A model generated the notes under the pieces. It was not told the DNA's origin. It worked only from the letters and a program-made list of their open reading frames with translations, and ran no database searches. Source: an uncultured Gemmatimonadales bacterium (lineage in GTDB: Bacteria > Gemmatimonadota > Gemmatimonadetes > Longimicrobiales > Longimicrobiaceae). Taken from it: 64,000 bases of DNA. Positions within the stretch are counted from its first letter, which is position 1. The number at the start of each line of letters is the position of its first letter. The position numbers and the translations under genes are program-made. Below, one piece after another: positions 41,897 to 50,634 of the stretch. The stretch is from the NCBI GenBank assembly GCA_963716255.1, contig OY970303.1, positions 1,888,001-1,952,000 of the forward strand, written 5' to 3'.

Positions 41897-42028
41897 GCGT
41901 GAGGGATTTCGGCCCGCAGGGGCGAGACCGCGCGGCTGTTTGCGCGGGCTCGACTCCGTTGCAGACGGTCGTTTCGTCTGCTACGGAGCCGAAGCCCGAC
42001 CCCGGCGCCAGCCGGGGGCACGCCCAAA
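41897..42028 (+). repeat. Structured intergenic repeat family A (full copy)
   Basis: Same conserved shell with different but still paired inner stems. Confidence 0.9.
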
Positions 42029-42137
42029 CCCGCCGTTCAGCCGTCGTAAAATCGTGACTTGACGCGGCACCGGCCCGGGGAGAGGTTTGAGGCCTGCCGC
42101 CCGGGGGGGGCGGAACCCGTTCCACTCCGGAGCCCGG

Positions 42138-42833
42138 ATGAAGGCGGACACTTACGCGAAGCTGGTCATCCTGGAGGCGCTGATCGACGCCGAGATCGGC
42201 CACTACCTGGAGCACCGTCCGGCGACGGCGGACCGCTTCCGGGAGGGGATCGTCGCGCGCGTGAGCGACCTGGTGGACCAGATCGACGCGCTGGACGCGG
42301 TGGCCGCGGCCCGGGTGTACGACGCCATCGTGGACTTCCTGGCCGAGCTCCCGGAGGACGAGGACGGGGTCGTGGAGGCGACGCTGCGCTTCAAGCGCGC
42401 GGTGGACCGCATCGTGGCGCGGGGGATGGAGGCGCGCGAGCTGGGCCAGCCTTCCACCTGGGCCGTGGTCCTGGACGAGCTGCTGGAGGAGCTGGCGGAC
42501 GAGTACCACGACGCGGTGCGGACCGGGGGCGAGGTGAGGCCGCGGGAGTACCTGCGCGCGCAGTTCCTGCTGGACCGCGCCCGCGAGGCGGCGGAGCGCA
42601 TCGCGTGGACCGGCGACCGCAAGGCGACGGCGGAGCTGCGCGACGGGATGGACCGCCTTCACTTCGCCGTGCGCAACCGCCGGCTCCACCCCACGGAGGT
42701 GGACCTGCTGATCCGCGGGCCGCAGCGCTTCGCCGCGCGGCTCCGGCCCTCGCCGCTGTCGCGGGTGGGGGCGTTCGTGATTGGGCAGCTCCTCCGCAGG
42801 CCCAGACCCCGCAAGGAGGGACGCAAGCCGTGA
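42138..42833 (+). CDS. Hypothetical helical protein
   Basis: GGAG RBS, GC3-rich codons; GTGA overlap with the next gene. Confidence 0.75.
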   Translation: MKADTYAKLVILEALIDAEIGHYLEHRPATADRFREGIVARVSDLVDQIDALDAVAAARVYDAIVDFLAELPEDEDGVVEATLRFKRAVDRIVARGMEARELGQPSTWAVVLDELLEELADEYHDAVRTGGEVRPREYLRAQFLLDRAREAAERIAWTGDRKATAELRDGMDRLHFAVRNRRLHPTEVDLLIRGPQRFAARLRPSPLSRVGAFVIGQLLRRPRPRKEGRKP

Positions 42834-43156
42834 GCACACCCGAGCGCGAGCGGCGCCTGGTCAGCATCCGCCGTTCCGTGGCGCCGGAGCGGCGCGACGA
42901 CTACGACGCGGCCTGGGGGCTGCTGCACGCGGCGGCCATGTCGCTCGGCGCCCACGCCTGGCGCTTCCGCGCGGCCGCGGTGCCGGACCTGTTCCTGGAG
43001 TTCCTGGAGTTCGGCGCGGACGCGGACCTGCGCGAGGACCCGGCGGCGCTGGCCGCGATCATGGCGCTGCACGAGAACTTCGGCGACCCGTACCCGGTGC
43101 CGAAGACGCTGGAAGAGTGGATCGAGATCCCCACCCCCGACCCGGAAGCCCCGTGA
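42830..43156 (+). CDS. Hypothetical protein (possible dimeric alpha+beta barrel fold)
   Basis: AAGGAGG RBS, GTG start, GTGA overlaps on both sides; AWRFR...FLEFLEF. Confidence 0.7.
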   Translation: MSTPERERRLVSIRRSVAPERRDDYDAAWGLLHAAAMSLGAHAWRFRAAAVPDLFLEFLEFGADADLREDPAALAAIMALHENFGDPYPVPKTLEEWIEIPTPDPEAP

Positions 43157-43716
43157 CCGACCGCGACCGACTCCTGCGCCTGCTCGTGGAGCGCTCCCTC
43201 CGCCTGGGCGATTTCGTCCTGGCCTCGGGCGCGCGCAGCAGCTACTACATCGACTGCCGCACCACCACCACCCACGCGGAGGGGCAGTTCCGGGTGGGGC
43301 GGCTGGGGCTGGAGGCGCTGGAGCGCGAGGGGCTCGCGCCCGCGGCGGTGGGGGGTCTCACCATGGGCGCGGACCCGGTGGCGTACGCGGTGGCCCACGC
43401 GTCGTGGGTGGCGGGGCGCCCGGTAAACTCGTTCTCGGTGCGCAAGGAGGCCAAGGAGCACGGCACGGGGCGGCGGATCGAGGGGTGCTTCGCGGCGGGT
43501 GACCGGGTGGTGGTGGTGGAGGACGTGATCACCAGCGGCGGGAGCGCGCTGCGGGCGTGCGAGGCGGTGCGGGCGGAGGGGGGCGAGGTGCTGGGGGTGC
43601 TGGCGCTGGTGGACCGGGAGGGGGGTGGGAGGGAGGCGATCGAGGCGGCGGGGCACCGGGTGCTCTCGCTCTTTTGCGTCTCGGAGCTGCTGGAGGCGGC
43701 GGGCCGGCCGGCATAG
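43153..43716 (+). CDS. pyrE: Orotate phosphoribosyltransferase
   Basis: GDFVLASG.RS.YYID, VRKEAKEHG and VVVEDVITSGGS PRPP motif. Confidence 0.95.
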   Translation: MTDRDRLLRLLVERSLRLGDFVLASGARSSYYIDCRTTTTHAEGQFRVGRLGLEALEREGLAPAAVGGLTMGADPVAYAVAHASWVAGRPVNSFSVRKEAKEHGTGRRIEGCFAAGDRVVVVEDVITSGGSALRACEAVRAEGGEVLGVLALVDREGGGREAIEAAGHRVLSLFCVSELLEAAGRPA

Positions 43717-43763
43717 CGGGCCGCCGCGGCCGGGAGCGGGCGGGCCTCGCCCGCGCGGTGCAT

Positions 43764-43800
43764 CATGGAGCCCCCGGCGTACGTACGCCGGGGGCTCCAT
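43764..43800. terminator. Perfect palindrome downstream of pyrE
   Basis: ATGGAGCCCCCGGCGTACGTACGCCGGGGGCTCCAT; no U-tract. Confidence 0.45.
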
Positions 43801-43960
43801 GCGTGATTGGGCCCGTCCGCGAAGGGAACCGTGCCCTTTCGCATGCGCCGAATAGTGGACATAGTTGACAGCGGGCCGCGCACACCCGATCTTGTCCGTG
43901 AGCAGGATTGGCCCAAGGCGGACGCATGGTCCGCCGTGTCCCGCAAACCGCCCACCGCCA

Positions 43961-44200
43961 ATGGCACAAGACACCCTACCCGCCGCGAACCAGCTGGACG
44001 ACGTCCTCGACCTCGCGCTGAACGCCCTGGAGCTCCTGGACCAGGCGGTCGGCCGCGGGTCCAGGCTCCCCATCCGCGACCGCGAGCGGGTGCGCGAGTA
44101 CCTGATGCCGGCGCGCAACCACCTGCGCAACTCCACGGAGTCGCTTCGCCAGAAGCTGGAGCGCGAGGCGACCCGGCGGGCGGCGGCGCGGTCGGGCTGA
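43961..44200 (+). CDS. Small hypothetical helical protein
   Basis: Amphipathic composition and GC3-rich codons; TTGACA about 95 nt upstream. Confidence 0.65.
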   Translation: MAQDTLPAANQLDDVLDLALNALELLDQAVGRGSRLPIRDRERVREYLMPARNHLRNSTESLRQKLEREATRRAAARSG

Positions 44201-44237
44201 GCGCGGGGAGAGCGGCGGGACGGACGGAGCGGGCGCT

Positions 44238-45530
44238 CTACAGGAGCGCCCGCTTCTTCACTTCCAGGTAGCGGTTGACCACGGCGGGGATGGCGTCCTG
44301 GGGCCGCGCGTCGGCGACGAGCACCCCGGCGCGCTGCATGGCCGCCAGCGCCACGGCGCGTGCCTCCAGCAGCTCCTCGGCGGCGGCGCGCCGGAACACG
44401 GCCGGCTCGTCGGCGGCGGGGGCGGTGGCGGCCGCCTCCAGCTCGGGGTTGCGGATGGCGACGGCGAGGGGGAGGTGTCGCCGGGTGGAGCGGATGAGGT
44501 GCGAGACCAGGGCGCCGGAGGCCTCGGCGTCGATGACGTCGGTGAAGAGGACCAGCAGCGAGCGCCTGCGCAGCTGCTTCGCCAGGTAGGTGAAGGCGGC
44601 GGGGTAGTTGGGCTCCACCATGCGCGCCTGCACGCTTCCCAGGGCGTCGGCCAGCCGCGACAGCGTGATCTGCGACGGGGGCAGGTACTGCTCCACGCGG
44701 TCGGCGAAGACCAGCAGCCCCACCCGGTCGCCGTGCGCGGAGGCGACGTCGGCGAGGAGAAGGGCGGCGGACAGGGCGTGGTCGATGCGCGCGCGCCCGC
44801 CGATGCGCTGGGTCATCAGCCGCCCGGCGTCGATGGCGAGCAGGACGTTCTGCCGGCGCTCGGCCTCGTACTGCCGGATGGTGAGGGTGGCGCGGCGGGC
44901 GGTCGCCTTCCAGTCGAGCGTGCGGGGATCGTCGCCGCGCACGTAGTCGCGCAGCGACTCGAACGAGCCGCCCTCCCCCCGCTGGCGCACGCTGCGGATC
45001 CCGGCGTCGCGCAGCCGGTGCCGCATCCCCAGCAGCCGATGCCGCCGCACCTCCAGCACGCCCGGCTGCACCCGCAGCGGGTCCGCCCGGCGCTCCCGCC
45101 TCTGGCTCCACACCAGCCCCAGCGGCCCGGCCACGCGCAGGTGCACGTCGCCGTACGCGGCGTCGCCGCGCTCCCGCGCCAGCACCCGGTACACGGCGTC
45201 CGCTTCGCGCCGCGCCGGCACGGTGAGCTCGTGGACCTCGGCGCCCTCGCGCTCCAGCAGCGGGGGCAGGTCGTCGGTGACGCGCAGTCGGACGGCGCGG
45301 TCGGTGGCGTTGACCACCCGCAGCCGCACCTCCGCCGCGCCGCCCAGCGCGACGCGGTCCGGCGCGCGCCGCTCCACCCGCAGCCCGCCGCGCCGGGGCA
45401 CGAGCAGGGCGTCCGCCGCGGCCGCGAGGAGCAGCACGGCGTCCGCCGCGAGCGCCAGGCGCGCGTCGAGCAGGAAGAGGAGCGAGGCGGCCGCGAGCGC
45501 GGCGAGGAGGCGGCGGGTGGGAAGAGGCAC
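44238..45530 (-). CDS. DUF58 family protein (MoxR-associated)
   Basis: FESLRDYVRGDDPRTLDWKATAR, D.GRLM, DRVGL and LFTD; GTG start inferred. Confidence 0.92.
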   Translation of the reverse strand: MPLPTRRLLAALAAASLLFLLDARLALAADAVLLLAAAADALLVPRRGGLRVERRAPDRVALGGAAEVRLRVVNATDRAVRLRVTDDLPPLLEREGAEVHELTVPARREADAVYRVLARERGDAAYGDVHLRVAGPLGLVWSQRRERRADPLRVQPGVLEVRRHRLLGMRHRLRDAGIRSVRQRGEGGSFESLRDYVRGDDPRTLDWKATARRATLTIRQYEAERRQNVLLAIDAGRLMTQRIGGRARIDHALSAALLLADVASAHGDRVGLLVFADRVEQYLPPSQITLSRLADALGSVQARMVEPNYPAAFTYLAKQLRRRSLLVLFTDVIDAEASGALVSHLIRSTRRHLPLAVAIRNPELEAAATAPAADEPAVFRRAAAEELLEARAVALAAMQRAGVLVADARPQDAIPAVVNRYLEVKKRALL

Positions 45531-45597
45531 GGGAGGGGGAGTGGGGATGGAGGAAGTCCTCACCGGCGCGAGAGATGTCGCGGCCGCGGCGGCAGCT

Positions 45598-45733
45598 GCG
45601 TGAGGGATTTCGGCCCGAAGGGGCGAGACCCGGCGGGGCTGTTTCCGCCGGGGCTCGACTCCGTTAGCCCGCGTTGTTTGCGGGCTTACGGAGCCGAAGC
45701 CCGACCCCCGCGCCCCGCGGGGGGCACGCCCGA
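45598..45733 (+). repeat. Structured intergenic repeat family A (full copy)
   Basis: GCGTGAGGGATTTCGGCCCGAAGG...GGGCACGCCC. Confidence 0.9.
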
Positions 45734-45821
45734 CCCTGCTGTTCAGCCGTGCAGTCGAAAAAAGCCGGGCCCCCCCAGAAACCTCCGGAACCCGGCTCAT
45801 ACTACAATCCAAGCAATCCGC

Positions 45822-47894
45822 TTACCAGACCCTCACGCGCTTGTCGGCGGGCAGGTACATGCCGTCGCCCTCCCTGACGCCGAACGCCGCGTAGAACTGC
45901 GGCATGTTGCGCAGCGGCACGTTGGTGCGGAACTCGCCCGGCGCGTGCGGGTCGCTGAGCAGCTGCCGCTGGAGCGAGGCCTCGCGCTCCTTTGCCCGCC
46001 AGATCCCCGCGAACCCCAGGAAGAAGCGCTGGTCGCCGGTGAACCCGGCGATGACCGGGGCTTCCCGCCCGCCCAGCGAGCGCCGGTAGGCGTTGTACGC
46101 CATGGTGACGCCGCTCAGGTCGCCGATGTTCTCGCCCAGCGTGAGCCGGCCGTTGATGCGCGTGCCGGGGACGGGCTCGAAGGCGCCGTACTGCTCCACC
46201 AGAGCGTCGCCGCGGGTCCTGAACTCCGCCAGGTCGGCGTCGGACCACCAGTTGCGCAGGTTGCCGTCGCCGTCGGAGCGGGAGCCCTGGTCGTCGAAGC
46301 CGTGGCTGATCTCGTGCCCGATCACCGCGCCGATGGCCCCGTAGTTCACCGCGTCGTCGGCGTCCGGGTTGAAGAAGGGCGGCTGGAGGATGGCGGCCGG
46401 GAACACGATCTCGTTCATCGTGCTGCTGTAGTACGCGTTCACCGTCTGCGGGGTCATCGCCCACTCGCTGCGGTCGATGGGCCTGCCCAGCCGGCCGACC
46501 ATCTCGGTGAAGCGGAACTGGCTGGCGCGCCGCAGGTTGCCGGCCAGGTCGCCGGGGCGGACCTCCAGGCTGGAGTAGTCGCGCCAGCGCTCGGGGTAGC
46601 CGATCTTGACGGTGAACTTCGCCAGCTTGGCCTGCGCCTGCGCCCTGGTGGCGGGGCTCATCCAGTCGAGCTGGTCGATCCCCTCGCGGTAGGCGGCCAG
46701 GAGGTTGGCGATCATCCCCTCCATGCGGGCCTTCTGCGCGGGCGTGAAGTGCCGCTCCACGTACAGGCGGCCGGCCGCCTCGCCCAGGTTGCGGTTCACG
46801 GCGCCGACGGCGCGGTCCCACCGGGGGCGCGGCGCCTGGATCCCGGAAAGCACCCGTTCGCGGAAGTCGAAGCGGGCCTGCGCGAAGGCTCGCGGCAGGG
46901 TGGCCGCGGCGGCGTCCAGCACCTTGTAGGTGAGGTACTGCTTCACCACCGGGAGCGGGGTGCGGCCCAGGATGCTGTCCATGGCCTGCAGGTAGTCCGG
47001 CTGCGACACCACGACCCCCGGGCTCTTGTCGGCGCCGGTGGCCTGGAGGAAGCGCGTCCAGGAGAAGCCGGGGGTGAGCCGGTCCAGCTCGGCCGCGGTC
47101 TTCAGGTTGTAGGTGGCCTCGCGGTCGCGGCTGCGGGCGCGGTCCCAGTGGCGCCCGGCGAGCTGCGTCTCCAGCGCGACCACGCTCCGGGCGGCGCCGG
47201 CCGGGTCGGGCTGGCCGGCCAGGCGGAACAGCGTCTCCACGTACCGCTGGTACGCGGCGCGGGTCTCCTGGAAGCTGGCGTCCTGCTTGAGGTAGTAGTC
47301 GCGGTCGGGGAGCCCCAGCCCGGACTGGCCGACCCCGGCGATGTAGCGCGTGGCGACGCGGGGATCCTGGCGGACGTTGAAGCTGAAGGGCGTCTGCACG
47401 CCGGTGCGCACGAGCGCGGCGAACAGCTCGGGGAGCTGCCCGCGGTCGCGGAGCGCGGCGATGCGCGCCAGCTCGCCCTGGACGGGCCGGATCCCCGCCG
47501 CCTCGATGGCCGCGGTGTCCATGTAGCTGAGGTACAGGTCGGCCACCTTCTGCAGCTCGCTGCCGGGCTGCCAGTTGGGGGTGGCGGCCGCGCGCTCGAC
47601 GATCTCGCGCATGGCGGCGTTGCTCTGCTCGTCCAGCAGGTCGAAGCTCCCCAGCCCGGTGCGGTCGGCGGGGATCTGCGTGGTGTTCAGCCACCCGCCG
47701 TGGACGTAACGGAAGAAGTCGTCCTGCGGCCGGACGCTGCGGTCGAAGCCGGCCGTGTCGACGCCGAGCACGGGCGTGCGGGAGGCCGTGGGGGGAGTGC
47801 CGTCCTGCGCCTGGAGCATTGGAGCCGCGGCCGCGGCGAGCACGCCGATGCCGAGCACGCCCGGGAGCAGGCGCCTGGAAAGGTTGAGCGTCAT
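45822..47894 (-). CDS. M13 family zinc metallopeptidase (neprilysin/PepO-like), exported
   Basis: Signal peptide, PQDDFF, VNAYY, HEISHGFDDQG, GENIGD and DPH.P...R motifs. Confidence 0.96.
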   Translation of the reverse strand: MTLNLSRRLLPGVLGIGVLAAAAAPMLQAQDGTPPTASRTPVLGVDTAGFDRSVRPQDDFFRYVHGGWLNTTQIPADRTGLGSFDLLDEQSNAAMREIVERAAATPNWQPGSELQKVADLYLSYMDTAAIEAAGIRPVQGELARIAALRDRGQLPELFAALVRTGVQTPFSFNVRQDPRVATRYIAGVGQSGLGLPDRDYYLKQDASFQETRAAYQRYVETLFRLAGQPDPAGAARSVVALETQLAGRHWDRARSRDREATYNLKTAAELDRLTPGFSWTRFLQATGADKSPGVVVSQPDYLQAMDSILGRTPLPVVKQYLTYKVLDAAAATLPRAFAQARFDFRERVLSGIQAPRPRWDRAVGAVNRNLGEAAGRLYVERHFTPAQKARMEGMIANLLAAYREGIDQLDWMSPATRAQAQAKLAKFTVKIGYPERWRDYSSLEVRPGDLAGNLRRASQFRFTEMVGRLGRPIDRSEWAMTPQTVNAYYSSTMNEIVFPAAILQPPFFNPDADDAVNYGAIGAVIGHEISHGFDDQGSRSDGDGNLRNWWSDADLAEFRTRGDALVEQYGAFEPVPGTRINGRLTLGENIGDLSGVTMAYNAYRRSLGGREAPVIAGFTGDQRFFLGFAGIWRAKEREASLQRQLLSDPHAPGEFRTNVPLRNMPQFYAAFGVREGDGMYLPADKRVRVW

Positions 47895-47995
47895 GGAGGC
47901 GTAGTTCGAGGAGGGAGACGAATACCCCGGAGGGCTGAAATTTCAGTGCTGAAATATAACCCCTGCAAGGATTTACCGGAACCCACCACACCTCG

Positions 47996-48298
47996 TCAAT
48001 CCAGGTCCGGAACGTCTTCCGGTCCTAGTAGACGAGCAGTGTGGAAGACCGTGGCGATCGCCACGGTGTCCTGATGCACCCGGTAAACGATGCGGTAGCT
48101 GCCGAGCAGGACTTCGCGCAATCCCGAGCGTCGGAACTCGGGGACTTCCCGGCCAGAAAGCGGAAAATCGACCAGCCGCTCGACGGACTCGAAGATGCGG
48201 TCCACGAAAAGGTCGGCGAAGTGCGGTGCGTCCCGGGCGATGAAGTCGCGGATCTCCACAACGTCGGAGAGTGCCTGGTCGGACCAGACGACTCTCAC
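47996..48298 (-). CDS. Type II toxin, RelE/ParE family
   Basis: VVWS..A..D...I...IA.D, FP.SGR.VPE, RE....YRIVY; GTGA overlap with the antitoxin. Confidence 0.9.
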   Translation of the reverse strand: MRVVWSDQALSDVVEIRDFIARDAPHFADLFVDRIFESVERLVDFPLSGREVPEFRRSGLREVLLGSYRIVYRVHQDTVAIATVFHTARLLGPEDVPDLD

Positions 48299-48477
48299 GT
48301 GCGGCCGAGCCTGCGCTTCGCCTCTTCGTGAGAAATGGTCTGGCCCGCCTCGATCTGCTTAAGTCCGCGCTCGACCTTGTGCAGGAAGTATAGCCGCTCC
48401 ATCACGGCGTCCAGGCCCACGTCGGACGGGAGCTGCTCGATTGCCCGGATCGCCTGTTCCTTCGCGCTGCCGTTCAT
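48295..48477 (-). CDS. Cognate antitoxin (60 aa)
   Basis: KE..I..IEQLP.D......MERLY...KVERGL.QIEAG..ISHEE pattern directly upstream of the toxin. Confidence 0.82.
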   Translation of the reverse strand: MNGSAKEQAIRAIEQLPSDVGLDAVMERLYFLHKVERGLKQIEAGQTISHEEAKRRLGRT

Positions 48478-48518
48478 ATGCCGCTCAGGTCGACTGTGGA
48501 TGAAGAGTCAACATCCGG

Positions 48519-48671
48519 ATCATACCGCAGGCAGTCGGAGCGGTTCCGAACCCGCCGCCGGCATCCTGCGTCACCCGTCTTTGCCACCGCTCCCCCTCCA
48601 CGCCGTCCCGCGCGCCATCGAGGAACTCCTTATATGTCCTGCATTCCCTGCGCCGCCTCCCGGCCGAGCTT
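48519..48671 (-). repeat. Degenerate direct duplicate of 49247-49370 (3' end of the 49281 gene plus TA promoter region)
   Basis: Shared blocks ATCATACCGCA, GCGGTTCCGAAC, CCGCTCCCCCTC, AGGAA.TCCTT and TTCCCTGCGC. Confidence 0.8.
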
Positions 48672-48675
48672 GAGA

Positions 48676-48970
48676 TCAGCCTCGCCTGTACCAGGGGCGA
48701 GGATCCTGGCGCCAGTGCGCACACCCGACCACGACGATCTCCTCGTCTGACGCGGTATAGATGAGGCTGTAGGGGAACCTGCGCAGGGGGGCACGTCGCA
48801 GGTCGTTCCGTATGACGGGGTACTGGCGCGGGTTGCGCCGGACGGAGGCAAGGGTCGCATCGAGTGCCCGGAGGAATTCGGCACTCAGGCCCGAGGCGCT
48901 CCTCATACCATGCCGTCGCGTCGGAGATCTCTTCCAGCGCTTCGGGGCGTACAACGAGCCGGAGGCTCAC
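48676..48970 (-). pseudogene. RelE/ParE-family toxin, frameshifted near 48895
   Basis: VSLRLVVRPEALEEISDATAWYEER in one frame continues as GLSAEFL...RRFPYSLIY...H in another. Confidence 0.82.
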
Positions 48971-49194
48971 GCGCCGAAACGCTCCCGCAGCCGGGTCCGA
49001 GCCTCCTCCCACGGGATCGCGGACGCGGGATCAGCCTGGTGCTCGGCCACGCGCCGCTCCATCTCCCGGAGCCGATCCTCGTCGAGAGGAAGCGCGTCCG
49101 ACCGGACGGGAATGCTGTCCCACAGGTCCTGCGCAAGCTGGATGCGCTCGGCTTCGCTCAGCTTCAGCAGCTCGGGAAGCGGCGTGCTCATCAT
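48967..49194 (-). CDS. Putative addiction-module antitoxin (TIGR02574-like)
   Basis: LKLSEAERIQLAQDLWDSI...EMERR.....P..AIPWEE. Confidence 0.88.
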   Translation of the reverse strand: MMSTPLPELLKLSEAERIQLAQDLWDSIPVRSDALPLDEDRLREMERRVAEHQADPASAIPWEEARTRLRERFGA

Positions 49195-49280
49195 CGGATC
49201 CACATCTGGTTGTGCCTTTGTCTACGACGCGAGATGCCGGCCGCGAATCATACCGCAACCCGCCGGGGCGGTTCCGAACG

Positions 49281-49628
49281 CTACCGCTCCCCCTCGCCCC
49301 CCTCCCGGGCGCCGTCCAGGAATTCCTTGACACCCTGCTTTCCCTGCGCGGCGGCCTCCTGGCCCAGCTTCTCCATGTCCAGCTCGCGCACGCGCACCAT
49401 CCCGAGGGCACCCACCGTGACCACGTGCTCGCCCACCCGCCCCACGGACACGATCCCGTAGCCGCGGTACGCGAGGAGCGACGGCGCCACGCGGTCGGCC
49501 CCGAACAGGGTGAGCACCGGGTGGTCCGTCCGGAACGCTTCGGCGAAGCGCTCGCGGTGCCGCGCCTCGGAAGGGTTCAGCAGGGCGAGCAGCCCCAGCA
49601 CGGCGGCGAGTGCGAGCAGCTTCTTCAT
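49281..49628 (-). CDS. Small exported/membrane protein (DUF4359-like)
   Basis: Hydrophobic N-terminus ending LNPSEARH; Y..YGIVS and TVGALG segments. Confidence 0.65.
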   Translation of the reverse strand: MKKLLALAAVLGLLALLNPSEARHRERFAEAFRTDHPVLTLFGADRVAPSLLAYRGYGIVSVGRVGEHVVTVGALGMVRVRELDMEKLGQEAAAQGKQGVKEFLDGAREGGEGER

Positions 49629-49662
49629 GGGGGTGCCTTCCGGGAGGGGAGCGGCCCCGGCG

Positions 49663-50634
49663 TCAGTCGCGCGGGGCGGGGAGCGTCTGCAGCAGGGCGG
49701 AGATGCGCTCGTCGGCGGTCATCCCCTCCACCTCGGCCTCGGGGGTGAGCATGACGCGGTGGCGGAGCACGGGGAGCGCGAGCGTCTTGACGTCGTCCGG
49801 GGTGACGAAGTCGCGCCCGGAAAGCAGCGCCTCCGCGCGCGAGGCCAGGAAGAGCGCCACTCCGGCGCGGGGGCTGGCCCCCAGGGCGAAGCTGGGCTCC
49901 TCGCGCGTCGCCCGGACGATGCGGGTGACGTAGTCGCGCACCGCCGGCTCCACGTGCACGGCGGCCACGGTGCGGCGCAGCTCCAGCAGCTCCGCGGCGG
50001 TCATCACCGGCTCCACGCCGTAGCTCTCGGCCCGGTCGGCGCTGAAGCCGTCGGCGTAGCGGTCCAGGATGGCCCGCTCCGCCTCCTCGCCCGGGTAGCC
50101 GATGGAGATCTTGAGGAGAAAGCGGTCGAGCTGGGCCTCGGGGAGCGGGTAGGTGCCCTCGTACTCCACGGGGTTCTGCGAGGCGAAGACGGTGAACGCC
50201 GGAGGGAGCGGGCGCGTCACGCCGTCGGTGGTCACCTGCCGCTCGGCCATGGCTTCCAGCAGCGCCGCCTGTGTCTTCGCCGGCGCGCGGTTGATCTCGT
50301 CTGCCAGCAGCAGGTCGGTGAAAACGGGGCCGGGGTGGTACACGAACTCCCGGCGCGCCTCGTCGAGCATGTTCACCCCCACCAGGTCGGTGGGCATCAG
50401 GTCCGGGGTGAACTGCACCCGCCCGAAGCGCAGCTCCAGCGCCATGGCGAGCGAGCGGATCGCCAGCGTCTTGGCGGTGCCGGGGACGCCCTCCAGGAGC
50501 GCGTGGCCGCCGGCGAGGAGCGCCACCAGCATCTGCCGGAGCACGGCGTCCTGGCCCAGGACCACGCCGCGCAGGCGGTTCAGCACTTCCAGGGCGCGCC
50601 CGGAGGCCGCCGCGTCGACAGGGACGGTCGTCAC
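49663..50634 (-). CDS. MoxR family AAA+ ATPase
   Basis: GHALLEGVPGTAKT, RVQFTPDLMP, DEINRAPAKTQAALLEAM, GTYPLPEAQLDRF and GASPR. Confidence 0.96.
   Translation of the reverse strand: MTTVPVDAAASGRALEVLNRLRGVVLGQDAVLRQMLVALLAGGHALLEGVPGTAKTLAIRSLAMALELRFGRVQFTPDLMPTDLVGVNMLDEARREFVYHPGPVFTDLLLADEINRAPAKTQAALLEAMAERQVTTDGVTRPLPPAFTVFASQNPVEYEGTYPLPEAQLDRFLLKISIGYPGEEAERAILDRYADGFSADRAESYGVEPVMTAAELLELRRTVAAVHVEPAVRDYVTRIVRATREEPSFALGASPRAGVALFLASRAEALLSGRDFVTPDDVKTLALPVLRHRVMLTPEAEVEGMTADERISALLQTLPAPRD

Noticed and set aside
44475..48074. Very long Arg/Gly/Pro/Ala-rich ORFs (e.g. 44475-48074, 52584-56195, 9891-12176, 39429-42062, 58179-60344)
   Set aside because: Antisense or off-frame shadows of real genes, caused by high GC3; no recognisable motifs.
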